Positions 40,224 to 59,895 of a stretch of 64,000 nucleotides of DNA are shown here, in pieces. Below the pieces are notes generated by a model. The model was not told where the DNA came from. It made no database searches and saw nothing but the letters and a program-made list of their open reading frames with translations. Position 1 is the first letter of the stretch, and the number at the start of each line of letters is the position of its first letter. The DNA comes from Chrysomallon squamiferum (Eukaryota; Animalia; Mollusca). The stretch covers positions 15,252,001 through 15,316,000 of the forward strand of contig CM022674.1 of the NCBI GenBank assembly GCA_012295275.1, read 5' to 3'. The translations under genes and the position numbers were made by a program.

Positions 40224-43200
40224 TCATGTTGGTAATCTGAGTTCAGTCGTTCAAATTGTTTCCACATCAACTCAAGTACCAAGCAGATTTTCTCCTAATC
40301 CATGTACAGGTTTTTCTGTGGCACAGTCTCCAAGCTCATTGCAGCCATAACCTGGTGCTAGGGCATCCCAGTGTGTAATTCAGTAAAATTAGCTAATTAG
40401 AGGTATGTTAAATTTCAGATCCAGCTATATAGATAGATAGAAATATAGATAGATAGATAAATAGATAGATAGATAGATTACGTTTGCTGTGTTCTCTGAA
40501 CAATTTTTAACTGCTTTTGAAAAGAAAGATAACCTATTTAAAAGTTCTTAAAATTTATGATTTTATATGTACACATACAAATGTTTTCATTTCTTTTGGA
40601 TTAGTTTCCTTTTGTTTTCTGCAATAAAGCTACTGAGACGGGAAAGGTAACAAAATCGATGCATGGTAATATTATGTAATTTGGTGTCAGACAAAACAAA
40701 CTCAACACCAAAAGATATATATTTATGTAAATATTATATTAGTGTTTATTTCCAGTGAGTTTTGTTTTTAAGTAAAATTGGAACACTCTCACCAAATATG
40801 ATGAATATTTAATGAATATCAATTAAAGTGATTATATTTTTCATATTGAGCACACATAAGTCTCGGGATTCAGCTAAGCATACCCCAAAGTGGTGCATAT
40901 AAATATATATATAAAAGTTTGATTATAAACTGTATATCTGTCACTTCTGGTAGAATGTGGTGCTTTTTGGCAGACATTTAAGATGACAGTGTTACTGTTT
41001 AGTTTTATGATGACGTGTTTATTAACAGACTATAACTTTTTTTGTCCAATTTGACAATATTATGTGAGAAGCGTTGTAATTCTATTATATCTAATGTGTT
41101 GGCATTTTTTTTTTTTTTTAACTAAATGTCATTGTCTATGGTGAATCACAAAATATCACAGTTTATTGAATTACATTCTCAGCATCAGAACATACTGATA
41201 CACTGAATATCATTATTTAACTGATGTAACTTAATTTATATCAATTAAGATGACAGTATTATGCAACACTCATGATATCACAGTATACTGAAAGATATTC
41301 TCAATATCAAGCCATACAGACAGTCCTGATTGTGACTGTGTATTTGAAATTATTTAATTTGGTGTCATTTAATATGTTAATAAATTAATATTAATGTGAT
41401 ATTTAGAGTGTCACTGCATTTTCCAATAATTTGAGCTATCTATGAATTTTAGATGGTCCTAAAACTATCACTGGATACTGTGGACAGTCCAGCTGTTATT
41501 AACAGGTCTAACATGATGTTCCTTAAGTGATTTGTTACCCAATTCTAAATAAAGGTGTAATATAATCACCAGTTTGTTACAGCTGTCACCGTTTGCTTTG
41601 GACTGTTGCAGGTATATCAAAAGGCATGACAGTCAAGCTGAATCAAACAATACCAAAAAGTGGTGTCATTTCACTTTTTCAACAACATCTGACATGGTTC
41701 TTGTTTCCAAACACCACTGTGCTGATTTATGGCTTATACTATATTATGGTACACAACTGTGGGTGTACTAGTATTCTGAAGTGAAAATAATTCTGCTGCA
41801 TTTCTCTGTATAACACATATGAGATAGTGTGTTACATTCAACACTAATTTTACTAGTGCTACAGAATAAAACATAAAATTACAAATGATGAAATAAATTT
41901 TATTAACAGTCATCATTTAATCTAAACAAACATTGTTAAACCAGTAATTAATTTGATAAATATGTTTAATAAATAAATCTTTTATTAGAAAACACTAAAA
42001 ATAGAACTACATAATTTGACATAACCATTATGCCAAATGCATGTACATGTGTGGCAGCATAGGATAACCAGTTGGATATTTTGCAATTTAATTTTGAGTT
42101 ACAGCCTGTTAATGCTGTCCAATGCATCAAAACATAAGGGTTTTTTCAAATAGTTTTGAAAACATCTAAACTCATGTCTGTACATGTTTTTTGCTGAAAT
42201 CAGTCAATAAATCATGTTCTTTGTGTTTTTGTGTGACCTGTCAAAATCTTAATTAACAAAACTATGCTAAAACTGTGGACTTCTTTTGCCAAGATTCATC
42301 TAAAATCTATGACACTGTACCCCATGGATTGAATATCAGTGATGTTTGTAATGTGATTTATCTTATTCCATCAGAACATGAGTTTTTATAATTTTCACTG
42401 TGTGACTGGTTGTCCTATACTGACACATACATGTATCTTTTATATGTTTACTTGTTAATAAATTACTTACCAGATACAATATATGATAATACTAAACTTA
42501 TAAAGAGTGATATTAATTTACATTCTTTTTGTTTTGTTTTTCTTCAAAAACAATTAATTAAATTAAATCTTGGGTGTATATAAGAAGATTTATGTACTAA
42601 AAAACCTAATTACAATCATATTCTGCTTTAACAATAATAATTGGATATTGGTGCCTTTGGATTGATTCATTGTTTTCATTTTTTGTTTTGTTTTGTTTTT
42701 TCCTCTTTATTTTTTCTCTTTTAATTTGTTTGTAACTTCTTCTTTTTTTAAACTTATTGTTATTGTATTGTTGTAACTGTTATTATTGTTACTATTTAAA
42801 ACAAAATTTAATAAACTGATTCGCAGTGTAGTGTAAAGTGCCTTTAAAACATTACAGACATCATTTACCATAATTTTGCATACAAAACAAACAAAAATTT
42901 GTTTAATCATAGAATCTCTTTCTGAATTGTAAATTTTTCACCTTATTTGTTTAGCATCTTCCAAAACTGTATAAATATACACATTCTTGAGACAAATTAC
43001 CATTTTAAAATAATAAATAACATAAATATATCTTCCATTTTATAATAATAGTAATAATAATAGTAATAATAATAATAATGATAATAATGATATGTATGTA
43101 TGTGTGTACCTATATCATATCTCAGCTTGTTTTCATAATTAATTTTCTTGACTTGAAAGTAATTTTCAATCTTTAACTGCTTATGCAAATAAAATCAAAC

Positions 43201-44516
43201 GATTATAATCGGTAACTTTTTGTTGTTATTATTCTTTCATTTATTTATATGCTATTCTGGCACCAGTGGCAGTGACCTTGATTAACAAGCTAATGTAATT
43301 AGGAAAGTACATTCCACGTTAATATGATTTGAAGTTAATTAGTGTTAGTTATTTTAATTAATATGATTAAATAAAACGACTTTTTTTTTTTAATATCTCC
43401 AATAAATCATTTAAAAAAGAGAAGAAAACTATAATAATAAAAAGATAAGTGCTTACATCGGTTTTTTGTTTTATTTTTTTATATTTTTTTAGTGAAGCTG
43501 TATTATCGTCTGCTTGTTCATACAATTTATTTCCGGTTTGTCCAACCTTTGGATTATGGGTAAAAATAGACCAAATAATTATTTGTTTCTGTACTACCAA
43601 TACCGTTCTGTATTTTATATTTGAGTATTATTTTTAAATATCAAAGATAGATGAGTATTTCACCAAGTGCAATAAAACAAAGCTAATTGGATTAGACTAG
43701 TAAATGAGTAACAATGTTTGAGGACGATAGTGAATGTGCACTAAATGGTAATATAATTAAAATGGCGTGCTTTTTCTCCTCCGCTGACTAGTTGCGCCAG
43801 TGAAAGACAGAGGTGTGAGAAAGTTAAGTTCGTAAGCAAGATTTCGGGAATAGTTTTTTTAATTTTATATTATATTTATATATATTTCATTTCGTTTTAT
43901 TTATTTATTTATTTATTTATATATTATTTGAATGCATGCGGGGATGCTTTTTTGTCGGGGGGGAGTCTTGTGACAGTTTAAAATTTAAATTTTAAATATG
44001 TTAAGTTTTAAACGACATTTCGTATATTTCAAGGCAGTAAAAATACTTCATATTACAGTATCCATGTGTAACGTTGTTTGTTTTCATTCTACCGTCAGGG
44101 AAACATACTGTTGGCTCAATGATTTAAAGGCTACTAAAATACTTTACTGCGAAAATAAGTAGGTAGATATAGGAAATGGACAAGAAAAAAATAGATAGAA
44201 TTAAAGTAACTATACAGTTATTTAACTAATAAAATAGCGTTTAATATATATATATATATATATAAATATATCCACTGAATTATACATTAACTATTACTTA
44301 ATTACTGAGATCCGCCCAAATGAAAACGCCCTTATGCTGTTTAATTCATGACGTTGTTTAGCCCATACCTACTGCGGTAATCCTCAAAGCAACAGCGATG
44401 CACTCCGGTAATTGAGAGATAGTTCCGCGTTTCTGCTCTGGCCTCTAATTGACCAGGACATCTAAATACCTATAAGAACAGCGCTGTAGCTTCGTCAACC
44501 AGTTACAATTAGAGTT

Positions 44517-45511
44517 ATGGACACTTTAATCTTAATTCTTGGTTGTTTGCTCGGTGAGTATGTGATACATGCTATAAATTAATTTGATTACTTAACTGTA
44601 TTTTTTTTAACAAAATTAATATTATATTTGTATAAAATACAATTACCATAATCGTGTTTACTTTGTATTTATTTATTTATTACAGGAGTGTACTTCTTGA
44701 ATATGTACAAAATAGAATTCACCTCATTATTATTATTATTATTATTATTTATTGATCAATTGATTTAATTAATTAATTATCTACAGCTACCGTACTTTCG
44801 ACAACAGTAGCACAGAATGGCGGTATTCGGGTATGTCCGGCTCCAAACGGCGACTTTCCGAATCTGTTCAGTGACAACTGTCAGACCTTTTTTCGATGTA
44901 ACAACAACTTTGCGCAACTGATGCGGTGTCCGCGTGGTTATCTCTTTGACTTCAACACGAGAACGTGCAGACACCGCTACTTAGTCGACTGTAAACGCCA
45001 GACTAAAGTATACGCAACTCGTTCTTTGCTGCAGTCTCTCTACAACAGAAACAACAACTACAACAATCTAGGCACCGCCGGGCAGTTGTTGCCATTACCG
45101 GTAACTCCAAACGTGTTAGGCGGGAACACGGGTATTCGCCACAGCCACATCGTGCCAGGCGTCGGAGTTATAACACATCAGCATCCTGTCCAGCAGTCTA
45201 AAGTGTCTGTGGTGAACGGGCAGGTGGTCACGAAGTCTGTGCCGCACACGCACCCCTTTGTAACAAACCCTTTTTTGCAGCAGTCAGCCTTAATCACCAG
45301 CAAGATGAACAAGTCAACGTCATCCCCAGTCACGGTCAGAAAGCAGATACTGATCCCACCTTCTCCCACTGTACCCACCGATCGTGAAGTAACAACGGCG
45401 ACAACGACCTTTCCACTGGGTACGACAAGCGCTACGTCCACGACGTCGCTTCTTGATGTGAAGAAAAACACAATAACAAAGAATGATGTAATTCCCCATA
45501 TTATGACGTAA
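44517..45511 (+). CDS. Secreted chitin-binding type-2 (peritrophin-A/CBM14) protein with T/S/P-rich tail
   Basis: TATAAG at 44471. Exon 44517-44553 (MDTLILILGCLL, donor GTGAGT) plus exon 44787-45511. Signal-like N-terminus, then six cysteines: CPAPNGDFPNLFSDNCQTFFRCNNNFAQLMRCPRGYLFDFNTRTCRHRYLVDC. Confidence 0.85.
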
Positions 45512-45562
45512 AGATCTTACAGATCGTATCATGTAATAACATCTTATGATGTAAAGATATTA

Positions 45563-45631
<69 letters not shown>

Positions 45632-46494
45632 GATTCACGCTTTGTCACAATTAAGTTGTTTCATATGTTTAGGAAGTTGACTGTTATAAAATACTTTCTA
45701 TTATGATCGTCAGTTTTATTAAACATTATTATTATTTTTTTTTTTTTTCATTTCGCTTGTTATGATTAAAAGATGATAGTGCATGGGGATAGACATTATA
45801 TTTATCGCTTCACTTTTTAATTTTTTAATTTTTTGTTTTTTTTGGACAATATTACATAGTTCGTATTTTCCTGGCGTAGTTTCATATATCAAAACTTTAT
45901 TTCTTTAGTGCTAAAAAAAAAAAAAAAAAAAAAAAAAGTAAAATATGCATCCAGTTTACACGATCAAATACTCTAGAGATAATTTTAAAGCAGTCAACGT
46001 TACGCACAGTGATTATATAAAAGGATAATTTGTATAACTATTAGATTTGTGGAGAGCTATTGTTGGAATCATTAGCATATTATGCATTGTACAATATCGA
46101 CATTTAATAAAAATATTTATTACAAATTGCAAGTGTTTTCGTTTTTATTAACATTTTCACGTTTAATGATTGAATTAATGGAGAATATTCCTCTTCGGAG
46201 TCGGGGTTAGAAGGTACAAATACTTTCCTGTATTCAGAGTGAAATATGTTAATCATATCAAATTTAAATGAATGCATTATTTTAATAAATATTTCTAAAT
46301 TTAACAACAAAAATGAATTTTTGTTGGTGATGGGTTTTATAATTTGTTCTCACTATATTTAATTTTATTAATAAATAACGAAAAGAAACGGAAGGAAAAT
46401 TAAAGAAAATAAATAAATAAATATATAAATCATTAATAATAACGTATAAACGAGTTCTGCTAATTATTTATCAAATAGTTACCGTTAACTTGTT

Positions 46495-46665
46495 CGTAAT
46501 TCGACAGCTACTGCGCATGATCATTGAGAACCGGAACTACACGCAGTACCAACACTCGTCAAATAATAATATATAGTAACTAATGATGCCATTCTGCGCG
46601 ACAAATTCCGGAGATAATAATATACTTGTAACGACACAGTAGAAATGACGTCAGAGCTATTGTTG
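46495..46665 (+). pseudogene. Highly degraded relic of a Tdc/AADC 3' exon
   Basis: Reads RQLLRMIIE..G.LHAVPTLV..VEMTSELLL with stops and indels. ATGACGTCAGAGCTATTGTT is identical to the reverse complement of ~59766-59785. Confidence 0.55.
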
Positions 46666-46792
46666 TACGCGAAAACAAAATTGTGCTTTGCTTTAAAGAC
46701 CATCTAGGATAACACGAAAGCCTCTTTATTTTAGCTTCAGAACGCCAAAACGTGAAGTATAGATTGCTTTTAATAGTTTGTTTCTTCGTTCG

Positions 46793-46828
<36 letters not shown>

Positions 46829-47408
46829 TTTTACACTGTGGTTTTCCATCATCATTGTTTTTACTTTATAATTAGTACTGATTTATTATTATTTTTTTTA
46901 CTTTTTAAAAATACTTTTTGTGTTTGTTTATTTGTATTAAATAAATAAATAAATAAATAAAAAGATTAAAGCTATCAATAAACGTATCACATTAAAAAGC
47001 CGATATAAAAAATAAATCCCATCGGTAAACAAATCAAACTTTAACTTTTTTATTTATTTTTTATTTCTTCCTTTTTTTAAATTTCCTTCTGCCATATTTC
47101 AGCAAAAGCAGTAGCTTGCAGTATATTAATTTAATATCTACCTCTGTAATAAAACCACAAACATTTAATTTTTAATGGATCTGTGGGGAAGAAAACCTGG
47201 AACGCGGAACTAGCCGGTCTGTATATTTAACGACTGTAAAAACTAACTGTGTGGTTTTCTGTAATCACTGGGTATTAACATGTTCGCCTGTTGTGACTCG
47301 TCATGAGGTTAAACAAACAAAACAAGGACTAAGAAGGTTCAAGCTGTGAACTGGGCGTGAGAAGTGAAACAGAAAATGAAAACAGACTGAAAAACGTCAG
47401 TTGTGAAA

Positions 47409-47676
47409 ATGTTCTTGCGTTTGATAATCTGTGGTGAGTTCATTTCTGTGTTTTAGTTCGGTGTTGTTTATTTTTATATATTTATTTATTAATTAATTTC
47501 TTTATTTCTTTTTTTTTAATGTTTTAGTATTTGTATTGTCTCAGCTTCAGAGATTTGTCGCTAGCAAGTCGTCTCCCTTTGATTTTGACGCTAATCGTCT
47601 TCCGATTAACCAGAGACCGCGATTAATCGACGATATCGATATAAACAGCAACGATTATCGTAGAAGATTTAGATAA
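47409..47676 (+). CDS. Candidate 57-aa secreted peptide precursor (2 exons)
   Basis: Exon 47409-47433 (AAAATG context, donor GTGAGT) plus exon 47528-47676 (TTTTAG acceptor), in phase: MFLRLIICVFVLSQLQRFVASKSSPFDFDANRLPINQRPRLIDDIDINSNDYRRRFR*. Confidence 0.5.
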
Positions 47677-48170
47677 CACACTGTACTGTAATTATTATTT
47701 TGTTGTTGAGTGCAAATGTTTTGCATCAGATTCAGCAGTAATGTTTAAGTAAGAGAAAAGAAAATTCTATGTTCTGTTTTGACTAAAACCATTTATTATG
47801 TGTGTATGTGTGTGTGTTTCTTGGTTGTAACTGTTTTTCAGCTATATTATCTGCAAAACAAAACAAAGAAAAACAAGAAAATAAATAAATAAATCATCTT
47901 TTATACATATATAGATATGCATTCAGAGTTTTCAGAGTTTGAAATGCGATGACAAGAAATATAATATGTATGTAAACTTGGAAAGATAGCCGAAAATAAT
48001 TCTACGTAAAATAATTCTACGTATACACATACACACACAGGCACACGTATATACTCGGACAACTATTTAAATGTATCACAACATAATAATATATCATTAT
48101 TATAATGTTTTTAAAATGTAAATAAATGAAATGTTTTGTATTCTGTGAGTATTCGTACCTATTGGTTAAT

Positions 48171-48861
48171 TTATCCACGTAAAGGTCCCTGTGAACACCG
48201 AATGTTGATAGTGGGAATGTTGAGTTGGCAGTTCCTGCAATAGGTCCGCGCCTGATTTGTTAGCCAGGAGTTGACGTCGCGTTGAAGTTGTTGACAGTCA
48301 ATTCTGTTAATGAAGTTACAGCCGTTTGACACAAGCTGACAAATTCCCGACCACCTGAAAACAGTTTATAATTATATATAACTGAAAACGGTAACTCATC
48401 AGATAGATAGACGGACAATGAATAATGACAAAGGAATCCAACGAAGACAAAGACACAGTAAGTTAGTAAGTAACAAAGTAAATACTATTTTACCCTGATT
48501 TAGAACTGGTCTCACTGTGCCTCTTGTCCAAGGTCTTCGTGTTGTACGGCGAGACCATGGCCACCTTGTCGTCTGTCTCGACCACGTCCTTCTTGTAGGC
48601 GACATGTGACTGGTCCACTGTTGCCATGACGAAGTGGCTGTCTGCCATCTTGGTCTGGAGTGGGTCTCGTAAATCTGGGAATCTGCTGAAACTGGTTTCG
48701 GTTAGGGCGACGATTTCAGTTCGGGTTGTTGGTTCGCTGACTCCAGTTTCGACTGTTTTTTCGCCGATTCCAGTTTTGGTTGAAGCAATCCGTTCTTGAG
48801 ATACTGGAAGATTCCACACATCTTCTGAAATTGTCGTCAAATAATGTGCCGTAAAAATGCG
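48171..48861 (-). CDS. Last two exons of an unknown protein: T/S/E-rich segment plus 6-Cys C-terminal module; 5' part not found
   Basis: Minus-strand exon 48861-48494 (acceptor TTTTTACAG, donor GTAAAA) splices in phase to 48354-48171: GWSGICQLVSNGCNFINRIDCQQLQRDVNSWLTNQARTYCRNCQLNIPTINIRCSQGPLRG*. Confidence 0.6.
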
Positions 48862-49486
48862 CTGTAAAAATATAAAACAATATGAAATTATTTACCGAAA
48901 CCTAGTAGGTATACTTCGTCCATTTCTACAGGTATGCAGCAGTTAGAAAGTAGAATCAAATATAAAAATCGAAAACTAAACCAGCTGTAAAATTAATGTA
49001 TAGAAAATTATGTTGGACATTTGAAGCTAGGTGTCAGGGAAATTACAAGCCATTCATAGAGATCATTTAAAAATTAACACCTTTAACCGATATTTCAAGG
49101 AACGTAGCAAGAAGTAATCTGGTAGTGTAAACATGAAAGAAATGTCATGTGGTCCTTGTCTTGATTTTCACTGAAAAATACGCCTTCATACATTCTTTAT
49201 TTTACTTTGTGTATATATAAACAGCCAAATATTCACTTCTACTTCCTCGACAATTATTGCTATAACTACTACCACTACTATAACGTACTACTACTATTGT
49301 TACAACTGATATTTATACTATAACCTCTGCTACGATTAACAGGCAGTATTTAGGAATGTGAAGCTACGTTTATGTAAACTAGTGGTATGTCCACAACTTC
49401 CAGTAAGAAGATTTACTTTGCTTATGACATTCACAGCAAATACATTTTAAAAAAGAAAGAGTTCGAAAGAAAAAGACAATAAATAA

Positions 49487-49542
<56 letters not shown>

Positions 49543-50000
49543 CAATTAAAAAACCCCAGCAGCAACCCACACACGAAAGAGTTAACTATAACACACGAAG
49601 AAACGACAAATATATCACTCTTTCTTTGCGCTAACGTTATATGATAATCATTTTATGTAATGGAGTGGGTGTTGGATTTTATTTTAAAAAAATCTAAATT
49701 AAACAAAACCCAATAAATCTTGCACGACACAAAAGCGAAATACACCAAAGGGTCGGTTACAAACCGCGAAAGACCGCGATGTACTGCGACTTTGCTTGGC
49801 CTCTCTAGGCCGCTTCTCTATAAAGTTCGTGTCATTTTCAGTCACCTCGGCTTACTAAAATTCCAGCTTTACTCGCATAAAGGCTTTTCAAGCGAATGTT
49901 CTTCATATCTAGTCGTTCCTGTTGTCAAGTGAGACAAAATCTGTTAACTTAAATTGCTCATGATTTATCTAGTCCTTTATTAATAATAATAATAATAATA

Positions 50001-50032
<32 letters not shown>

Positions 50033-50058
50033 TACTACTACTACTCCTACTCCTACTC

Positions 50059-50091
<33 letters not shown>

Positions 50092-50189
50092 TTACTACTA
50101 CTACTATTACTACTTCTACCATTACTACTACTACAACAGGAAGTAAACTTAAAATAAACCAGGACTACAAGTTATTGCTTAATTATGAT

Positions 50190-50267
<78 letters not shown>

Positions 50268-51938
50268 GATTTAGTGTGCTCTAATTAAAACAATACTTAA
50301 AGATTCTTTAAAAATCCGCCAGATATTTATTTCCTTTAATCACTATCATTTGTGACATACTGCTCATTATTTCGGTGTTCAGATAAACAGCAGATTATTA
50401 AAGTACAACCAATAGCGATAACAGACCTGCCCATTCGTTATCTTTATTTACGGACACGATATCAGTATTTCAGACAGAAAAACAAGTCATAACAACAACA
50501 GCAGTAATGAAAATAGCAGCAGCAAGAATAACGATAGCTACAACAGAAATAAATAAATAATTCAATGTCAAAGAACAGTATCAGTATTTTCAACTAATAT
50601 ATATACATACTTATACATCTCTGAGATATTTGACGCTCCATGTTTATTTTTAAAGTATCATCTCTAAATAAATGAATCTAACGAAAGATATTCATTCATT
50701 TCATGTTAGTGTGCAAGCGCAAAAAAAATGCCATTGCCGGAAGTTACATCGAGTTTGCCATGATTTGGAACCTAACACACATTAAGTCTCCGGAAGAATG
50801 CGTAACAAAGAAGAATCAGTGTGGCCAATAAACGAAAGTTGAAAATTCCAAAAGTCAGGTAAGCTGATTTCTTTGCACTAACGTAATATCATAATCATTT
50901 TATAGAGAGGAGTGGGTGGCGGATTTTTTTTATAGAACTTTGTCTACACTAACAATAGCTGTAACAGAAATCGGTTTCAGCAGTTTAAATATATATATAT
51001 ATATATATATATCTGATATAATTTCCGCCCCACGTATATTTTTTAAGTGTCATCTCTAAATAAATAAATAAATAAATCTAACGAAAGATATAGAATTATT
51101 TTGTGCTAGTGTGCAAGCGCAAAGTCCCATAGCCGGAAGTTGCGTCCCGTTTGTCATCATTTGCAACCTAACGCGCAGTGTCCGGAAGTGGGCGTAGCAA
51201 TAACTGAGAGTGAGTGTGCACAAGAAATGAAAGTAGATCAGGAAAGCTGATTTTCTGAAAGTTTTATTACGCTGATTGATCATTTCAGACGATAAAACAA
51301 GGTAAGAACAGTCTTCACTCTTGCAGGCATGTATATGATTTTTATGATTATTATTCTACGCCTTCTCCACAAGAACGAGCTGACTTCATGTCGATCTTAG
51401 CACGGACACGGACGAAATCGCTCTACGGTTATGTGAAACAAGATACTGTTAACAATGATTATGTCATTGAACTTGTTGTTATTCATGTTTTATATATATA
51501 TATATATAGACACACACACAGACACACACACATACATATATATATATATATGTAAATGTTTTATCAGTTTGAATTCTATTTGTAAAATTCTATCTGCTAA
51601 ACATTCAACCTCTTTCTTGTACATGTTTAAATTTACTGAAAATAAAATTATAAACATAAAATAGACAACTGATATTTAAAAATTAATAAGGATTAAAATG
51701 TTTTTTCTTCATATATATATATATTGTTTTCAGTGAATTTAAACATGTACAAAAAGAGGTTGAATGCTTACAAATAAAACTCAAACTGATCAAACTTTTG
51801 ATAATTCAGTATTAAATGTATTGAAAAAAAAACACAAAAAAAACAACAGTCACTGTTATATTTAATGATGAAAATACCATAGCTGATGAAGATTTAAGAG
51901 AAAGTCAGTGATTCACTCTTATATATTATTTCAGAAGT

Positions 51939-57161
<5,223 letters not shown>

Positions 57162-58215
57162 GCTTCTACAGCAAAAACTTCCAACACAACACCAACATTT
57201 CACAGATCTACTTCTACAGTAAATACTCCGAACAGGAAACATACATTTTACAGTTTCATTTCCAACACACCATCAAGTTCAGCTTCTGGAAATTCATCTT
57301 CAGCAGATACTGCTAACAAAACAAAGCGATTTGTGATTCTCGGATTATTTCTATTGTTTTTTCTAAAACGCTGTTTGACACTTATTTTCTTTTTAGTATT
57401 TCTTTTCTGAACTTTTTTTTTTTGCCAACAGTTTTAGGGACATCTTAACACACAGGAATACAGGAAACTTGCCCAGGGGTCACTATAGCATAGGAGGACC
57501 CTGTACGTTGAGACTTATTGTTAATAAATAAATACTATGATATACAATACTACACTGTACTATACTATACTATATTATACTATATTATACTATACTGTAC
57601 TATACTATACTATCGTATACTATACTATACTATTCTATACTCTCAGTATTTGTCATAAAAATGCATATTTAATATATGTTTTACTAAAGATAATGAATAA
57701 TATTATTTGTTTATGAAAACAAGAGTAGGTATGGCGTCAGTGAACTGTTTTACCTGCAGGGCTGTAATCTGCAGTTAAGATATTTTTTGTTTATTTTGTT
57801 TCTGGTGCGGAAGGATTTGTTTGGTCTGGTGCAACGAAAAATACAATAAAAACAGAGTCCTTTTTTATTTCATATTTCATCTGGGCGTTTCAATTTATAC
57901 TCACAAGTAGATGAGTTAAGCCTTGACTTTACTGTAGACTGAGGTTTATATTACAAGGTTGTAGAGGGTAAATTACAGAGGTATAGTAGGCCTGTAGGAT
58001 ATGGTAAGAACTAAATTGAAAGGGTGTATGGGTCAGTAGGATACACAAAGGACTACATTATGGGGTGAATGAGTCACTAGGATTCACAAAGGATTACATC
58101 TTAACATAATGCTCAAATAATTATATTACAATGTAAAAGTCAGGTAAAATATGTTAAAGAAATGTGTCATAATTTACAGAGATGGTTTGGTCAAAGTGTA
58201 TTGGTCACATTATTC

Positions 58216-58281
<66 letters not shown>

Positions 58282-58290
58282 GAGTAATGC

Positions 58291-58338
<48 letters not shown>

Positions 58339-58641
58339 AGCCAATCGATAATTTTAAATAAATAAATGAAATAATTTCTTATATGCATTTATATTAACAT
58401 AATGTAGATTCTTGATTATTAATCAACAATAAATAATATTTAGCGAATTGTTTTCTGTTTTAAAACAATTTCTTATTATACCACAATTTAACTATTTTCT
58501 GAAGTTAGCATTAAAAGGTTGTGTAAATTTCTATACCCAACAAATACTAATTGGAAAATATATAAAATGTTAACTAGAAAATGCTTTTTTCCCATTCTAG
58601 ATAGATTATGCAAAAAATAATTACTAAAGACTTTTTTGTCC

Positions 58642-58676
<35 letters not shown>

Positions 58677-59599
58677 CATTTAACCAATTAATTTCTTTAA
58701 AACTAGCATTAACAACAAAATGCTGTAACTGGAAAAGTGTACTGACCGAATTCAATCAAGGTACATAAAGTGATTTTCAGAGAGAAACAAAACAAAAATA
58801 AAACACACACATTTGATACCTTTAGTTTAGTTGTTTTCGAAAAGCAAAATAATAATGTTTCAAACAGTCTACAGTTTATTGTTTAAATGTGATCCATGGC
58901 TAAAGTATTATGAGCAGTTTCAAGTCTAAACACCACAACACAGACCCTGAAACATCTAAGCATTAGATTCTAGTATCACCCCAGTATTTACTTTTATAAA
59001 AATCTTTTATTATTATTAACACTGGGACATTTAACCCTCCTGACCTTATTTTCATACTATCAGTGAACCCCAGAGTTTGCTTTAAAACAAAAACAAACAA
59101 AAAATTGGCAAATGTCACTTATAACAGAATATGTAATTATTAATTAACTATGTTCAAACAATTAGTTATAGAAAATAATATTTTAATAAATGAACAAAAA
59201 AAGTGAGGTAGGCTTCAGTTCTGTTTCGCTGGATGACTGCATTAATACTAATCAGTGTGTTTATAAAAGGTTGTGGTTTGTGCTTTTCTGTCTATGGAAA
59301 GATGCACATAAAACTCTTACTGCTAATCAGCAGTTTATTCATTTTCAGTGTCTCTCACTAACTTTAAGATTATATTAAAACGCTTTTAATACTCATGGAT
59401 TAAAATGTTGTTGTTTTTCTGAGCGAGACATTAAACAGTTCGATGTTTATAATGATAAAAATTACAGTAAGTAAATACAACAAAATAAAATAACTGAAAA
59501 TGAAAGCGTACAGATTAAGAAATAAAATAAGTTTCTGTCTGAAATCTATATTTTCCTTCTTTAATTTCAATACTTATAGTAAATAAATTCTACGCTTAC

Positions 59600-59895
59600 C
59601 GAACAGCAGCCATTACTACAAAGGAATCGCTGGCAGCCGTGCTCTTTGTAGATTGCATCTCTGATTGTCGAATATCATCTCATTATCGAACTCGGGGAAA
59701 ACCTCGTCTTCAGAATCACTCAAACTCTCTCCAACAACTTCCTTCTCAGCTTGTCGTGACGGTGTAACAATAGCTCTGACGTCATCTCCACTATGACGTC
59801 CCAAGCATAGGTGATATCTTTGTCGCAGGCTCTTTCAGCGGAAATGGCGAACCGAATAACTGTTCGTTCATTAACGTTGGTGTCATGTGTAGTTT
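59600..59895 (-). pseudogene. Isolated, frameshifted tyrosine-decarboxylase-like C-terminal exon
   Basis: Minus strand reads KLHMTP/VNERTVIRFAISAERACDKDITYAWDVIVEMTSELLL, matching the recalled Tdc C-terminal KLHMVPASV..IRF..DIDYAWDII motif. It has frameshifts and ends at a GTAAG donor. Confidence 0.7.

Noticed and set aside
48896-48925. MDEVYLLGF as first exon of the minus-strand gene
   Set aside because: The implied intron is only ~35 nt and the phase does not match the long frame.
49720-49940. GC-richer patch with a 70-aa ORF, possible upstream exon of the minus-strand gene
   Set aside because: No consistent splice sites or recognisable motif in any frame.
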